This document shows, one piece after another, positions 1 to 10,727 of a DNA stretch of 64,000 nt (position 1 is its first letter; every line of letters begins with the position of its first letter). The notes below the pieces were generated by a model. The model did not search any database and was not told the DNA's origin. It saw only the letters and a program-made list of their open reading frames with translations. The stretch comes from Hydrolagus colliei (taxonomy: Eukaryota): assembly GCA_035084275.1 (NCBI GenBank), contig CM068742.1, forward strand, positions 18,476,001-18,540,000. The letters run 5' to 3'. The position numbers and the translations under genes were made by a program.

Positions 1-1204
1 AACTCTAACAGAAGATCAAAAACGTTGTCCTTAAGTGAAACATCCTGGTATAAGACATTAATAATTAATGGAACAAATGAAAATGACAGACGCCAGTTCC
101 GCGGAGCACTGCACCACAGCAAGTCAAATACTGTACATGGAAGGCTGTGCGTATTGTAAAGACTACAAAGTGCCATGGGTGTGTTTGAGGAGCTCATGAG
201 TTCACATGTTTCTCCATCCACTAACACCATAAAGACAAGTTGAGTCCATCACCAACTTGTAAAGCACTCCAGCAACATTTCATGATTCAGAGAGACACTC
301 GGCAGATTTAACTAATCCAACTTGCCTCCTAGAGATGTTGGACAACTTTGAATCTAGGATTGAATTTCAGATGAGGCAACCTCAGTCTTAATACCTTTAC
401 TGCAGCATTCTACATTCAATGTTACACAGTCATGAATTATTATTAATGCTGGAGCAAGTTACCTCCGGTCCTGAATATAGTTTGTGAAACCTTGCAAATA
501 AACCTTCTGTCTTGACTTTATACTGTATAAATCACACAATTATAGTACACAAATCCTCACAAAAATACAGATTGTAATATTATTATAAATGTTACTAGAA
601 AGTGGGAGTTTAATGGGTTAGCATTGCTTTTTATTAACGGACTGATTTGGCCAAATGACCTGTTTCTGGGCTGTACAATCTATGCAAATCTATGTACACC
701 TTTCAACAGGTTTCTCTGTTGAGATGAAAATCGGCCTACATGATCTATGCTCATGGGTGATAGGTAGAATTGAATATGAAAACATTTCATTGATATGGGA
801 GAGAAGATGGCTTCTCTGAGATTGGTACTGAGGTTCTCAGTGGCCAAGACAATACCAGACCTGAGGCATCCTTGATGTTGAAGTAATGACTCTAACCCCA
901 CACCCAACAAACCCAAACAATAACTAAAACAATTACATTTTAATGACAAATTATAATTTTTTGTGACTTTAATGATTAGATTTATGTAATAATAAAAATG
1001 CAAATGACCTTGAAGCAGTTTTTGTATAATATCACTTTTGCTGAATGCCTCCTTCCAAAAGTAATTTGATATCCACCAGTGTGAGCTGACTTGTTCTGCA
1101 CAACCAATTTGCAAAATAATTCCACAAACACTCAACTCATTGGCAAGAAAATGAGCAGATGTGTGAAAATGACTGTAAATTATCTGGAAATCCACTTCTT
1201 CCAG

Positions 1205-1384
1205 GAACTTAAAATCATTCAGGAAAGTGTGGCACCAATGACTCCTCGATCATCTGGATTCTCACACCAGATTCCCACCGAGTGGATCTCATCACCAATA
1301 ACCGAGCGAAACAGAAATCCTGGGCCCACTGAGGAGACCGTAGTAGACACGAAGCACAAACAGTCGGCTTTGCAGAATCAGATG
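1205..1384 (+). CDS. LIMCH1: LIMCH1 internal coding exon (ELKIIQES...ALQNQM), 180 bp, phase 0-0
   Basis: Acceptor ttcttccag| at 1204 and donor |gtgaga at 1385. The frame is open and joins the downstream exon chain. The protein sequence is divergent, so assignment rests on phase and position. Confidence 0.7.
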
Positions 1385-2142
1385 GTGAGAGGCTGGGAGC
1401 TTGGTGACTTGCAGCACTTACACTTACTAACCTTTATTCTGATCATTCAGAGCCTGCGTTAGGGATAACGCTATTTCTTAATTATTTCTTAATTATTGCT
1501 GGCATAAATAAGCTCTCATCAGGCAGCAGTACACCCTCCTGGTAAGTGATACGAACCTTTTCAAATCACTGTGTTTCCTATTACTTTGTTGAGCTGAATG
1601 TGTTTTTTTTTGTAAATTGGTTAGGATATTTGTGTTAAATTGTTATTTTCCAGCATTGATCTGCTGAGGATTCCTTTCGGTATCTCCCTTTGTCATTGAT
1701 CCGCACTTCTTTCCTTGTTTTCCATTTTCTTCCTTTTCTCTTATTTTGATTGATTTTTGTTTTGTGCTTCTCTGGCAAGCAGAGTTTTGATCTGGTGATT
1801 GACTAATCTGTCTCTATTTATTCTTACTGAATTGCATCTTCTATGTTATAATGTTCTTATGCCTCCTGCTTTTTGTAAGCTATACATAAAAATAATCAAT
1901 AGAAGTATTTGTAAAAAAAATTGGATTCTTGTTACTTGCAAAAATATCCCAACTTGACTATAATTTCGAGTTCAAAACAGTATTTGGTTATATATCAACA
2001 AAAAACATATTTAAATGTATGATGATTCATAAATAAGGCACAGTGTAGACTTCAGTTAGCAGCCTGGTGTTCCACTATGTTAAAGTTTTAGCCAGAAAAG
2101 AAACAGTGTTGTTTTAATCTTCCAACTGTTAACTGTTAGCAG

Positions 2143-2396
2143 ATGGTGGAAGCCAAGAATTGGCAGCCAAAGGAAGAGTGCCGAAGACTGGCAGAGGGAA
2201 AGAGGAACAGACAAGCAGAGGAAGAAAGAGGGGCCCAGGCAGCTGAACAGCAAAGGTTGACTTCAGAGCAAGCGGAAAGACTGGGGTCTAAGGAAGATGA
2301 AAATGCACAAAAGGAATTTGGGGATGAGACTGCGAAGAATAAGTCAGAGAATTCAAACTGGAAGGAGGTCAATCAGCTGACAAATGAAGAGCAAAG
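2143..2396 (+). CDS. LIMCH1: LIMCH1 internal coding exon (MVEAKNW...EEQR), E/K/Q-rich coiled-coil-like, phase 0-2
   Basis: Tandem acceptor tagcag at 2137-2142 and donor AAG|gtagga at 2397. Purine-rich open frame whose phase matches the flanking exons. Confidence 0.7.
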
Positions 2397-2899
2397 GTAG
2401 GAGATTAGTAACGTAACTGTTACAATGACTGTAAATCTAATATGATCAGTTGCTTTCTGTTACTATTGATGGAAGATTTTAATAAGTTAATAATAATAAT
2501 TTGATGTTGTGCCTTATCACATTATTGCTTTTCATGTTATTCATTATTAATTGTTTATTCCTTATTTGCTTAGCGTCGTATCACTCTAATGTTATTCCTG
2601 TAGATTATTACAGTTATTGCCAGACTCAGTGAATATTTAGACCCATCCAGACCACCCCGTCCCAAAAACATTTGTTTACGGATATTAAAACTAAGATCAC
2701 AACAATACCTTGTTTTGCAACAAGACAGGTCTTAGAATTCCAAAGGGCAATTTCGACAGACTGGTGTTAGGAATATTCATTACCCAAAGGATAATTAACA
2801 ACTAAAACCAATTTCCAGGAAGACTGGTTGAAGCCAGATACTCAACTCATTAAAAAAAACACAGCTTGATGCTGTGATGGGAAGACAGGGTGCTGTGTA

Positions 2900-3431
2900 T
2901 TTTGCAATGCCCTCCTCGCCGGTCTCCCCTCCACCACAATCCACAAAATCCAGCTGATTCAAAAGTCTGCAGCCCGCGTTCTCATTCGCACCAAACTTCG
3001 CTCCCCCATTAACCCAGTCCTTCACTGGCTCCCTGCCCCTGAGAGGATCAACTTCAAGATCCCCACCCTTGTTTTCAAATCCCTCCACTCCTCTGCTCCC
3101 TCTCCTCTCTCCCCAAACCAGCACACGCTGCCTTTGCTCAACCGGGTCTGGCCTGCTCCATGTCCCCCGATTCTTCTGCTCCACCCTCGGCGGCCGTGCC
3201 TTCAGCCACTACGCCCCGAGGCTCTGGAATTCCCTTCCTCACTACCTTTGCCTCAGCCCCCTCTCTTCCCAGTTTCAGATCACAGCTAAAGATCTTTCTC
3301 TTCGACCACGCCTTTGGCCACCTTTCTACCCCTGTCCCTGGCTCAGTCCCGGGATCCATTACTGTGAAGCGCTCTGAGACGCCATCCGGCGTGGAGGGCA
3401 CCATATAAATCGAAGTTGTTGTTGTTGTTGT
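2900..3431 (+). mobile_element. L2 LINE 3' fragment
   Basis: Degenerate ORF2 C-terminus (GGRAFSHYAPRLWNSLP), stem-loop tail and (GTT)n end. Confidence 0.85.
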
Positions 3432-3601
3432 ATTCAGGAATGATAAAATCAGATTGGACGAAAGGCATTCTTAATTCAAACCAATCTTGTAATCTTGAAA
3501 AGATTGTTGTAAATTTGAGTTGTTTGGATGGTGTAATAAAAGTAATAATCTTTTTTATTTGGTTACATCACCTTTCACATCAGTAGGGTAGAAGAGTTTG
3601 T

Positions 3602-3862
3602 GGAGTCCAATAGCTCAGTGGTTATAGAAATCACCTTACAAGCAAGATACCTGGGTTCAATTCCAGGCATGGCGAAACCTTGGGCAAGTTTCCTTACTCC
3701 TCATGGTAGTACTGATAGTAATGCCTCAAATAATAATAAAATTGTTCATTTCAATCCATGACTGTTTGCGGGACACTGCTGAGTGCCGATCACAAATATA
3801 CAATCAATTCACTTTACAGTATATTCTATGACAATGCATATCAAATGCAAGGATTATTGTTA
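3602..3862 (+). mobile_element. tRNA-derived SINE with L2-type tail
   Basis: Head GGAGTCC..TAGCTCAGTGG (A box) and GTTCAATTCC (B box), ACCTTGGGCAAGTTTCCTTACTCC body, AAATGCAAGGATTATT tail. Confidence 0.85.
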
Positions 3863-4492
3863 TCTTCACAACATATTGACTCAATTATGTAGTCAATAAA
3901 AGTATTAAAAGCAATGGACACATTTCAGAGGTCTTTCCTTGTGTTAAATTTCTCCAGGGTTTCAGTAAAAGCTGTAAGAAGCTTGGGAATACTAAAGCAC
4001 ATCGAAAGTTCTCCAGGAACAGTAGACTGCGCCCTCTCCTGGTCAAACATGCTTAGAACAGTACAACTTCCCTTCGAAGCCTCAGCAGTTCTAGAAGAGC
4101 ACACTTACGAATAATGATCCTTGCATTTTATATAGTACCTTATCACATTGTCGGAATGTTCTCAAAGCGCTTCATGGGATTATACTGTGTAGTGTGGTGA
4201 CTCTATATTTGTAGGTGATCGTAATTAGAAATAGCATATGCAAATACGAGAGATAGTTACAACACTAAGCTTTGAATTTGATACAGAGCTTTTCACATCA
4301 GGAGCATGTCTCAAAGTGGTTCATGAGATTTATTGCACATTATGTATTTGTAGACTGTATCTATCTGTCGGTGAACGTGGCAGCCATTTTGCGTACCGCA
4401 GGGTCTCACAAACAGCTGTAAAGTGGAGGAGCGATTTTGTCTGGGTGATTTCTGGCCCTGATACCAGGAGAAACTCCCTTCTCTTTTCAAAT

Positions 4493-4790
4493 GGAGTCCT
4501 GTAACTCAGTGGTTAGAGCATTCGCCTTACAAGCAAGAGATGTGGGATCGATTCCTGGCAGGACAAAACCTTGGGCAAGTTTCCTTACTCCACACGCCTG
4601 ATAACAATCCCTCGGGGGAAAAAAAATGGCCATTTCAATCAAGACTTTGTGGGACGCTGCTGTGCGCAATTGGCTGCCACATTTTGCCCACAAATATACA
4701 GTCAATTCACTTTACAGTTTATTCTGTGAAGTGCTTTGAGATGTCTAGAAGACGTGAGAAGCGCTATATCAAAAAATCAAGGATTATTAT
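4493..4790 (+). mobile_element. tRNA-derived SINE, full length, inserted in an older minus-strand SINE
   Basis: Full head, body and tail. Possible TSD TCAAAT at 4487-4492 and 4790-4795. Confidence 0.85.
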
Positions 4791-5091
4791 CAAATAGCAT
4801 AATCAGGTCTTCCACATCCCCATCAACAGACTGAAGAGCTTCCTCAAACCAAAGTTCTCCAGTGATAATCAGTCCATTGCCGTTAGCAACGTTTGTCTTA
4901 ACCTGCCACTATCAAATCAGCTGGGATTCTGTTCTCCCTGTGTGAGATATGGCGGTGGTAAAGATTTAAACAATCTGGTGCATTGCACTGAAGCATTGTC
5001 AGGACAAAAGTCAAGTGAAGGGCATTGTGAAGGATTGACCAGTGTTGGAAATGAAAAGGTATTTTCAGTGTTTTGAATTCTCTCGCAACAG

Positions 5092-5210
5092 GTTGAATTT
5101 GCAGACCGTGTCACACACCAATCAAATGGAGACAGAAGGTGTTAGTGAAAGACAGAAGCGCGCAGACTGGCAATCATCCAGCACATTCAACCAGCAACCC
5201 ACTGCTCAGG
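5092..5210 (+). CDS. LIMCH1: LIMCH1 coding exon (LNLQTVS...PTAQ), phase 2-1
   Basis: Acceptor ttctctcgcaacag| and donor CAGG|gtaagc. Phases fit both neighbours. Confidence 0.75.
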
Positions 5211-5811
5211 GTAAGCCTATCCGTGCATGAGGCAAAAAGTGAATGGAGATATATTCAATCCAAAAAAATGCAAGGATTATTATTCAACTGGCACTAAAGG
5301 TTGACACCATTGCATTTGGGTATAAACTGTGGATGAAAATATTGTTACACTGACATCCAATTTTCTGTCCTTTTTTAAACAAAAATAAATTGGCATTGAG
5401 TGGAAAACAAAAATGGCATGGACAAGCAACATCCAATTGGCTGGGTGGTGCTGGCAGAGGCAGGTCTAGCATGTCTCTCCAATCAAAATAAAGAAGGTGT
5501 ATTAAGATTTTCTGTGTCTGATAGGTTTCACACTGAATGGTGTTAGGTGTTTCTTCAGTAGATGCTTGTTAAGCAAATGTACATGTGAAGTAAATTTACC
5601 TATATTGTGTGAGTGTATGTAAGGTTTTTTTCTATTATAAGTAGTACATGTGGCTAAAATAGTGTTGCCGTGTGCCCTCGTGGCTAGTCAGCGATTTCCA
5701 TCAGATAATACTGCAACATCCGTGAAACCTATATGTGTAGATCTGTGGTGGTTTGGTGAGTGTGCTTGTGTTTGCCTAACTTGAAACTCTCTGTAACCAT
5801 TTCATCTGCAG

Positions 5812-5968
5812 GCTCCCCGGTAAATTCAGACAGAATTTGGAACACACAAGAGTTGCCACTGTCGCTTGAGCTTCAGAGACTGATGTCACATGGAGTCCAG
5901 GATGAGCAGAAGACCATGTCTCTAGACAGAAACTGGACTCATCAGTCTAATACAGACAACACAAAGAG
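5812..5968 (+). CDS. LIMCH1: LIMCH1 coding exon (GSPVNSD...KTMSLDRNW...TKR), phase 1-2
   Basis: Acceptor ttcatctgcag| and donor GAG|gtcagt. KTMSLD resembles the KTMPLD segment of mammalian LIMCH1 (recalled). Confidence 0.8.
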
Positions 5969-6109
5969 GTCAGTAGTTACACTGCAAATGAGACCGGCTA
6001 GTTCAAAAATCTGAATGAAAAGCTGTTCAAAAGTGATTTTTCCTAAAATGCAGCTTATATTACACTGGAACTACACAAGTCAAGTATTAGTCTGTCAGAA
6101 AATCGGATA

Positions 6110-6320
6110 GTAATCCCTCCAAAAACACCACAATAAAAAAATTGGTAATTTCAATCCATCACTGTTTGTGGGACACTCCTGTGCACAATTGGCTGCCACA
6201 TTTCGCCCACATATATTGTCAATTCACTTTATAGTATATTCTGTTAAGCGCTTTGAGACATCGATAAGATGTGAAAAACGCTATATCAAATATCAAAATG
6301 CAAGGATTATTATTATTATC
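6110..6320 (+). mobile_element. 5'-truncated SINE of the same family
   Basis: Body and AAGCGCTTTGAGAC...GCAAGGATTATTATT tail. Confidence 0.8.
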
Positions 6321-6779
6321 AGGCCAGCCAAATTTGGGGCTCATATCTCACGTCTCAGATTTTTAAATTTTTAAAAATAGATTTAACACATGTCCTTTAA
6401 TGTTATATGTCCTAGATCATTGTAATGATATTAAATATTAGAATCTGCAGCAGTGATACTTTAAACAAATAGATGTGTAACAGTAACAACAACAACAAAA
6501 TTACACTTGTATAGCGCCTTTCACATTAAACACTAGATTAACCTATTCTCAGGTATTCACACCTACCGTAGAGTTAGTGAATATGGTGCGCATCACATAG
6601 TTTCACCACTGGTGCATAAAAAGTCCAAAGTGTCTAGTAAATCACACGACAAACAACCTGATCTATACAACCCAAGCTAATTAGGAATGCTTAATTTCAT
6701 CAGGAATCAGCTAAAGGCTTCAAATTTCCTAATGAACCAACATTTAATCCTTTGTCTGTGAGTTTGAATAATGTTTTTG

Positions 6780-7298
6780 ATTGACTGATTGCCTGTCAGC
6801 CATCAAGTGCTGGATGAGCTCTAGCTTTCTCTAGTTGAATGTCGACAAGACGGAGGCTCTTCTACTTGTCTCCTGTCAGCATTTCACCATAAGCGCTGAC
6901 GGCATCAAACTAATTGGAATCACGTCCAGTTTCCTGTGTGAAACCTCTGTGTCTTGTTCGATTCTCACCTATTCTTTTAACCCCACATTTATGCTCTGGC
7001 ATGTTCAGCTTTTGCACTGGACTCCACAAGCTAATCATTCCTATCCTTGCATGGCTCCCCATCTCCCAGTTCATGAATCCCTCCATGGTCATATGATAAT
7101 ACATCAAAATAATAATAATTATTGTTATTGTTATTATAAGACCATGGAGGGAAGCAAAAGTTAGGGTGAGGATCTTGAACTGGCAGTGGGAAGCCAATGG
7201 AGCCGGGCAAATTTTGGGGTAAAATGCAGCAGCCAATTGCGCATGGATCTAGGATATTACCCTCTATGAAGGGCAATGTATAAACTTTGTGTTGTTAT
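6780..7298. mobile_element. Degenerate L2 fragment with an internally inverted segment
   Basis: The + strand encodes LNVDKTEALL-like L2 ORF2 residues, while 7140-7245 encodes FKILTLTF..LHG on the minus strand. An L2-like tail lies at 7270-7298. Confidence 0.6.
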
Positions 7299-7565
7299 AA
7301 AGGGGGTCTTAGCATTTGTCTGCTCATTAAATGTGCTGGACAGAGAACCTGATAACAATGAAGAACATCTCTAGAAACTTAATATGTTTCCAAATTGCTT
7401 CAAATTTTCAGTCAACTGAAATTTACCTTAATTGATTTAAAAACAGCCTGTGCTGTCATGGAATTCTGGAGGGATGAGGTCTTCTTCATCCAAAACAATC
7501 TTGTGTTGTTGTTGTTGTTGTTGTGAATAACCAAACCTTTCTGTCATCAGCCCATATTCCAAATA

Positions 7566-8313
7566 CAGTAAAAGCCCATTTATCCGTGAGCCGATCAACC
7601 GTAACTTCTATATAACCGGCACCTCAAAAAAAAGGTCACCATTCGATTAACCGGATCTTATCCGGCACAATCGCTGTGACGCATTTTTTCCCCCTTGTAT
7701 CGGTATTTCAGAATGCTGCTACTACTGCCTGAAGGTGCCGCTGTCGTTTTTTTCCCTCACAGAGTAGCTCTGAATGCTGCCGGTACTGCACTTCCAGGTT
7801 TGAGAGAGAGGGAAGGAGAGAGAGGAAATTGGGGGAGGTGGGTTGAGAGAGGGAAAGAGGGGAGAGGGGAGAAAGAGAGGGAACGGGGGGAGGGGGGAGA
7901 AAGAGAGAGGAGTGGGTGGAGTGGGGGGGAGAGATGTGTGGGAGAGGAGGGGAGAGAGAGGGTGAGTTGATTAATTTAGATAGAAAATGAGGAGTGGAGG
8001 GGGTTTGGGTTTGGAGCCATTGAGATGCCAGACTGACTGTGTGTGTGTGTGAAAGAGAGAGAGAGGGAAGGAGGGAGAGAAAGAAAAAAACAAGAGTACC
8101 CCTTTGATTGTGTGCTGTGTTTATAGACTGTAATCAATATTTATTGCTTTGTTGGTAAGTATCCACACAGTATTCTGTTATTATCTAGTCTATTATTGAT
8201 ATGGTATTTTAATTTTTTTAAATTTGAATGAAATTTGCCACCTGAATATCCAGCACACGGTTTAACTGACATTGGCCAGGTCCCGAGGGTGCCGGATAAG
8301 TGGGCTTTTACTG
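7566..8313. mobile_element. Non-autonomous Tc1/mariner (Tigger/pogo-like) MITE
   Basis: 21-bp TIRs CAGTAAAAGCCCAYTTATCCG (1 mismatch), with TA on both sides (7564-7565, 8314-8315). Confidence 0.9.
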
Positions 8314-8608
8314 TATTTGGTTTATTTTTCTTGTTGAGATCATCGCGTTTTCTCCCAACTATTTAACTCATTCGTTCCCAGAATCTCAAAACTGTGAAAC
8401 TTTGTTCCATCAGTCTCTCCTTCCACTACAGTCTACAAGCTTTTCAAAAGAACTTTGATGTCACCTAACCACTTCTCCTAGATCCACCTCATCTTCTTTC
8501 CTACCCTTTTTAAGGGTGATGGCATCCATAGTGCTTCATCTTGGTTTTTGAATAAAATGAACCTGAAGTGTCGCCACCAATACCTGCTGAATCTTGTTTT
8601 TCTACTAG

Positions 8609-8695
8609 GTCTGGATCTCACGAAAATTTACTGTCGGGTCAATCGGCGCCACTCCCTCACTCACCTTCTTCTCTGCAGCTCCAGTCACCCAGCAG
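8609..8695 (+). CDS. LIMCH1: LIMCH1 coding exon (SGSHENLL...QSPSR), 87 bp, symmetric phase 2-2
   Basis: Acceptor ttttctactag| and donor CAG|gtggga. The Ser/Pro-rich peptide ending QSPSR precedes the LIM exon, as QSPNR does in mammals. Confidence 0.8.
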
Positions 8696-9324
8696 GTGGG
8701 ATTCACGGAATGAATCACTGAAGCATCTAAACAGTCACTGCAATGTCACAGTTGCTCTACTCCCTAGTTCTTCAGTCAAAATGTTTTCCCAGCATACAAA
8801 CATTGGTAAAACATGTTAGATCAGATTAGACACTTGAGAAGTAAGTGTCCTAATGTAGATATATATATAAGGCATATAGAGGAAAGGTAGGAAAATGTGA
8901 TTAAAGATCTACCCTGACCTAATAAAGTGGTGAATGGGCTAAATGGTCAGCTTTTGTTCGTGTGTTGCTTGAAGCAAAAAATGTCAACGTGTCAAAGCAG
9001 TATTGGAAATGATAGATTCTTAAATGAGATGTTTACCAACATCTCAATATTCTGAATTTGATTAAGAACTATAATAGGCATAGATTTGCCTACAGAGATG
9101 TCATAACTACAAAATAGCACAATATACAGCAGACACTGAAATGCTTATGGGGTGCAATATCCACACACTACTGATCTGTGAGACTCTTGAACATTGAGTA
9201 CAAGTGACCCTGTAATGTAATGACCCTGGGAACATAAACTAAAGTGCCCAAATATGATCATCAGGTCCTTGCTGGGATTTGTTCGCTACATGTTGCATGC
9301 TCAGGCTGCTTTGCTGAAGTCACT

Positions 9325-9995
9325 TCAACAACAACAAAATTACATTTGTAGAGTTCCTTTCCCGTCAGGCAGACATCCCAAGGCACTGAGCATTCAGGGG
9401 TCAGGACCCGAGCACGGGGTCGGGGACAGGGTTGGGATGAGAGAGGGCAGAAAGGCAGGATGGGGGCTGAAGGCACGGTCAAGGAGGATGGTCTTGAAAC
9501 CGGTCTTGAAGGAGGGAAGGGAGGGAGCGAGGCGAAGGGATTATGGGATGGAGTTCCAAAGCGTGGGGGCTGGGGGGCCGATGGCAGGCGGGTCAGGCAG
9601 GCAACATGGAGCAGGCTAGAGCCTGCTGAACGGAGGAACAGGACAGGTTGATAGGGGGTCAGCAGGTCAGATAGATAGGAGGGGGCAATGCCATGGAGGG
9701 CCTTAAAAGTAAGGACAAGGATCTTGAATTTGATTGTCTGAAGGATGGGGAGCCAGTGGAGCAAGGCGAGGGTGGGGGTGATGGGGTCGCGGAGTCTGGT
9801 GCAGGAGAGGACATGAGCCACAGAGTTTTGGATGATCTGCAGCTTGTGGAGGGATGAGTTGGGGAGGCTGACAAAGAGGAAGTAGCCGTAGTCGAGCCTG
9901 GAGGTAACAAACACGTGTGTAAGAATTTCAGCAGCCTGAGGGGCGAGGCAGTGATGGAGTCGGGCGATGTTGCGGAGTTGGTGGAAGGCATCATG
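9325..9995 (-). mobile_element. L2 LINE 3' fragment
   Basis: LRNIARL...FVTSRLDY...LQIIQNS...LHWLPI...FKILVLTFKALHG.APSYLSDLL, with a (TTG)n tail at 9325. Confidence 0.92.
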
Positions 9996-10014
9996 CCACT
10001 TCCCGCATGCTGTA

Positions 10015-10170
10015 CACAACAACATTATATTTTTATAGCGCCTTTCACGTTGGGTTGGGACGTCCCAAGGCACTGAACAGACAGAAGCTGGGCGTAGTGA
10101 TTGGGGAGGATGGAGGGAAACGGGGAAGGAGGTTAACCAAAAGTACAATGGAAGAGGAGGGTCTTATGAT
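10015..10170 (-). mobile_element. L2 3' tail fragment
   Basis: CAGTGCCTTGGGACGTCC...ACGTGAAAGGCGCTAT...TTGTTG on the minus strand. Confidence 0.8.
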
Positions 10171-10409
10171 GGATCTTAATACTAATACTAAATAAACCTA
10201 AAAGAGAGGCTATATAACAGTAATTTTGTGGCTTATTTAATATTGATATTTTGCTTAATTAAAAAAATTCAAATTCACCTTTAATAAAGAGAACAGTCAA
10301 AGTTCAATCACAAGGGCATTACACAGAATAAAGTGGCACAAACTGGGAGTCAGGCCCACTGCACAAAAATCTGTGACTCTAAACATACCTAAGGCTTTTA
10401 TATACAGCA

Positions 10410-10727
10410 TCTATATACTGTATACAAAAGCCTTAGGTATGTTTCTGCAATTGTGTTCTCCTGACGCGTATGGCGCTGTGTCAAATATATCTTCTATATA
10501 TATGAAAGCCTTAGGTATGTTTCCGTAATTATAACAATGAACTTCCAAAAGGAAAACAAAAACCAGTACAGCTTAAAAAAAACAACAACAAAGAAAAACA
10601 ACCCAGCGATTAAACCTCACCCCTTTTTTGTAAACAACAAATACATTATTTTAAAAATGTTTAGAAATATATGCATAAACGTGTTGCAAAACACTAGGCC
10701 GCGAATGTTACGCGAGGGTATAGCTAG
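10410..10727 (+). mobile_element. Probable non-autonomous Helitron
   Basis: A|TCTATATA 5' end at 10410 and a second A|TCTTCTATATATA at 10490. The 3' end has a CGCG-n7-CGCG hairpin followed by CTAG|T at 10724-10728. No TSD. Confidence 0.6.

Noticed and set aside
680-1195. 171-aa minus-strand ORF (and the similar 168-aa ORF at 60224-60730)
   Set aside because: No recognisable domain or exon structure; consistent with chance ORFs in non-coding DNA.
3958-4114. Possible extra LIMCH1 exon (acceptor ttctccag, phase-compatible open frame)
   Set aside because: There is no convincing donor, the frame ends in a SINE tail, and the flanking exons already join in phase.
9261-10148. 295-aa ORF on the minus strand
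   Set aside because: Chimeric read-through of an L2 tail and an L2 ORF2 fragment that shifts frame.
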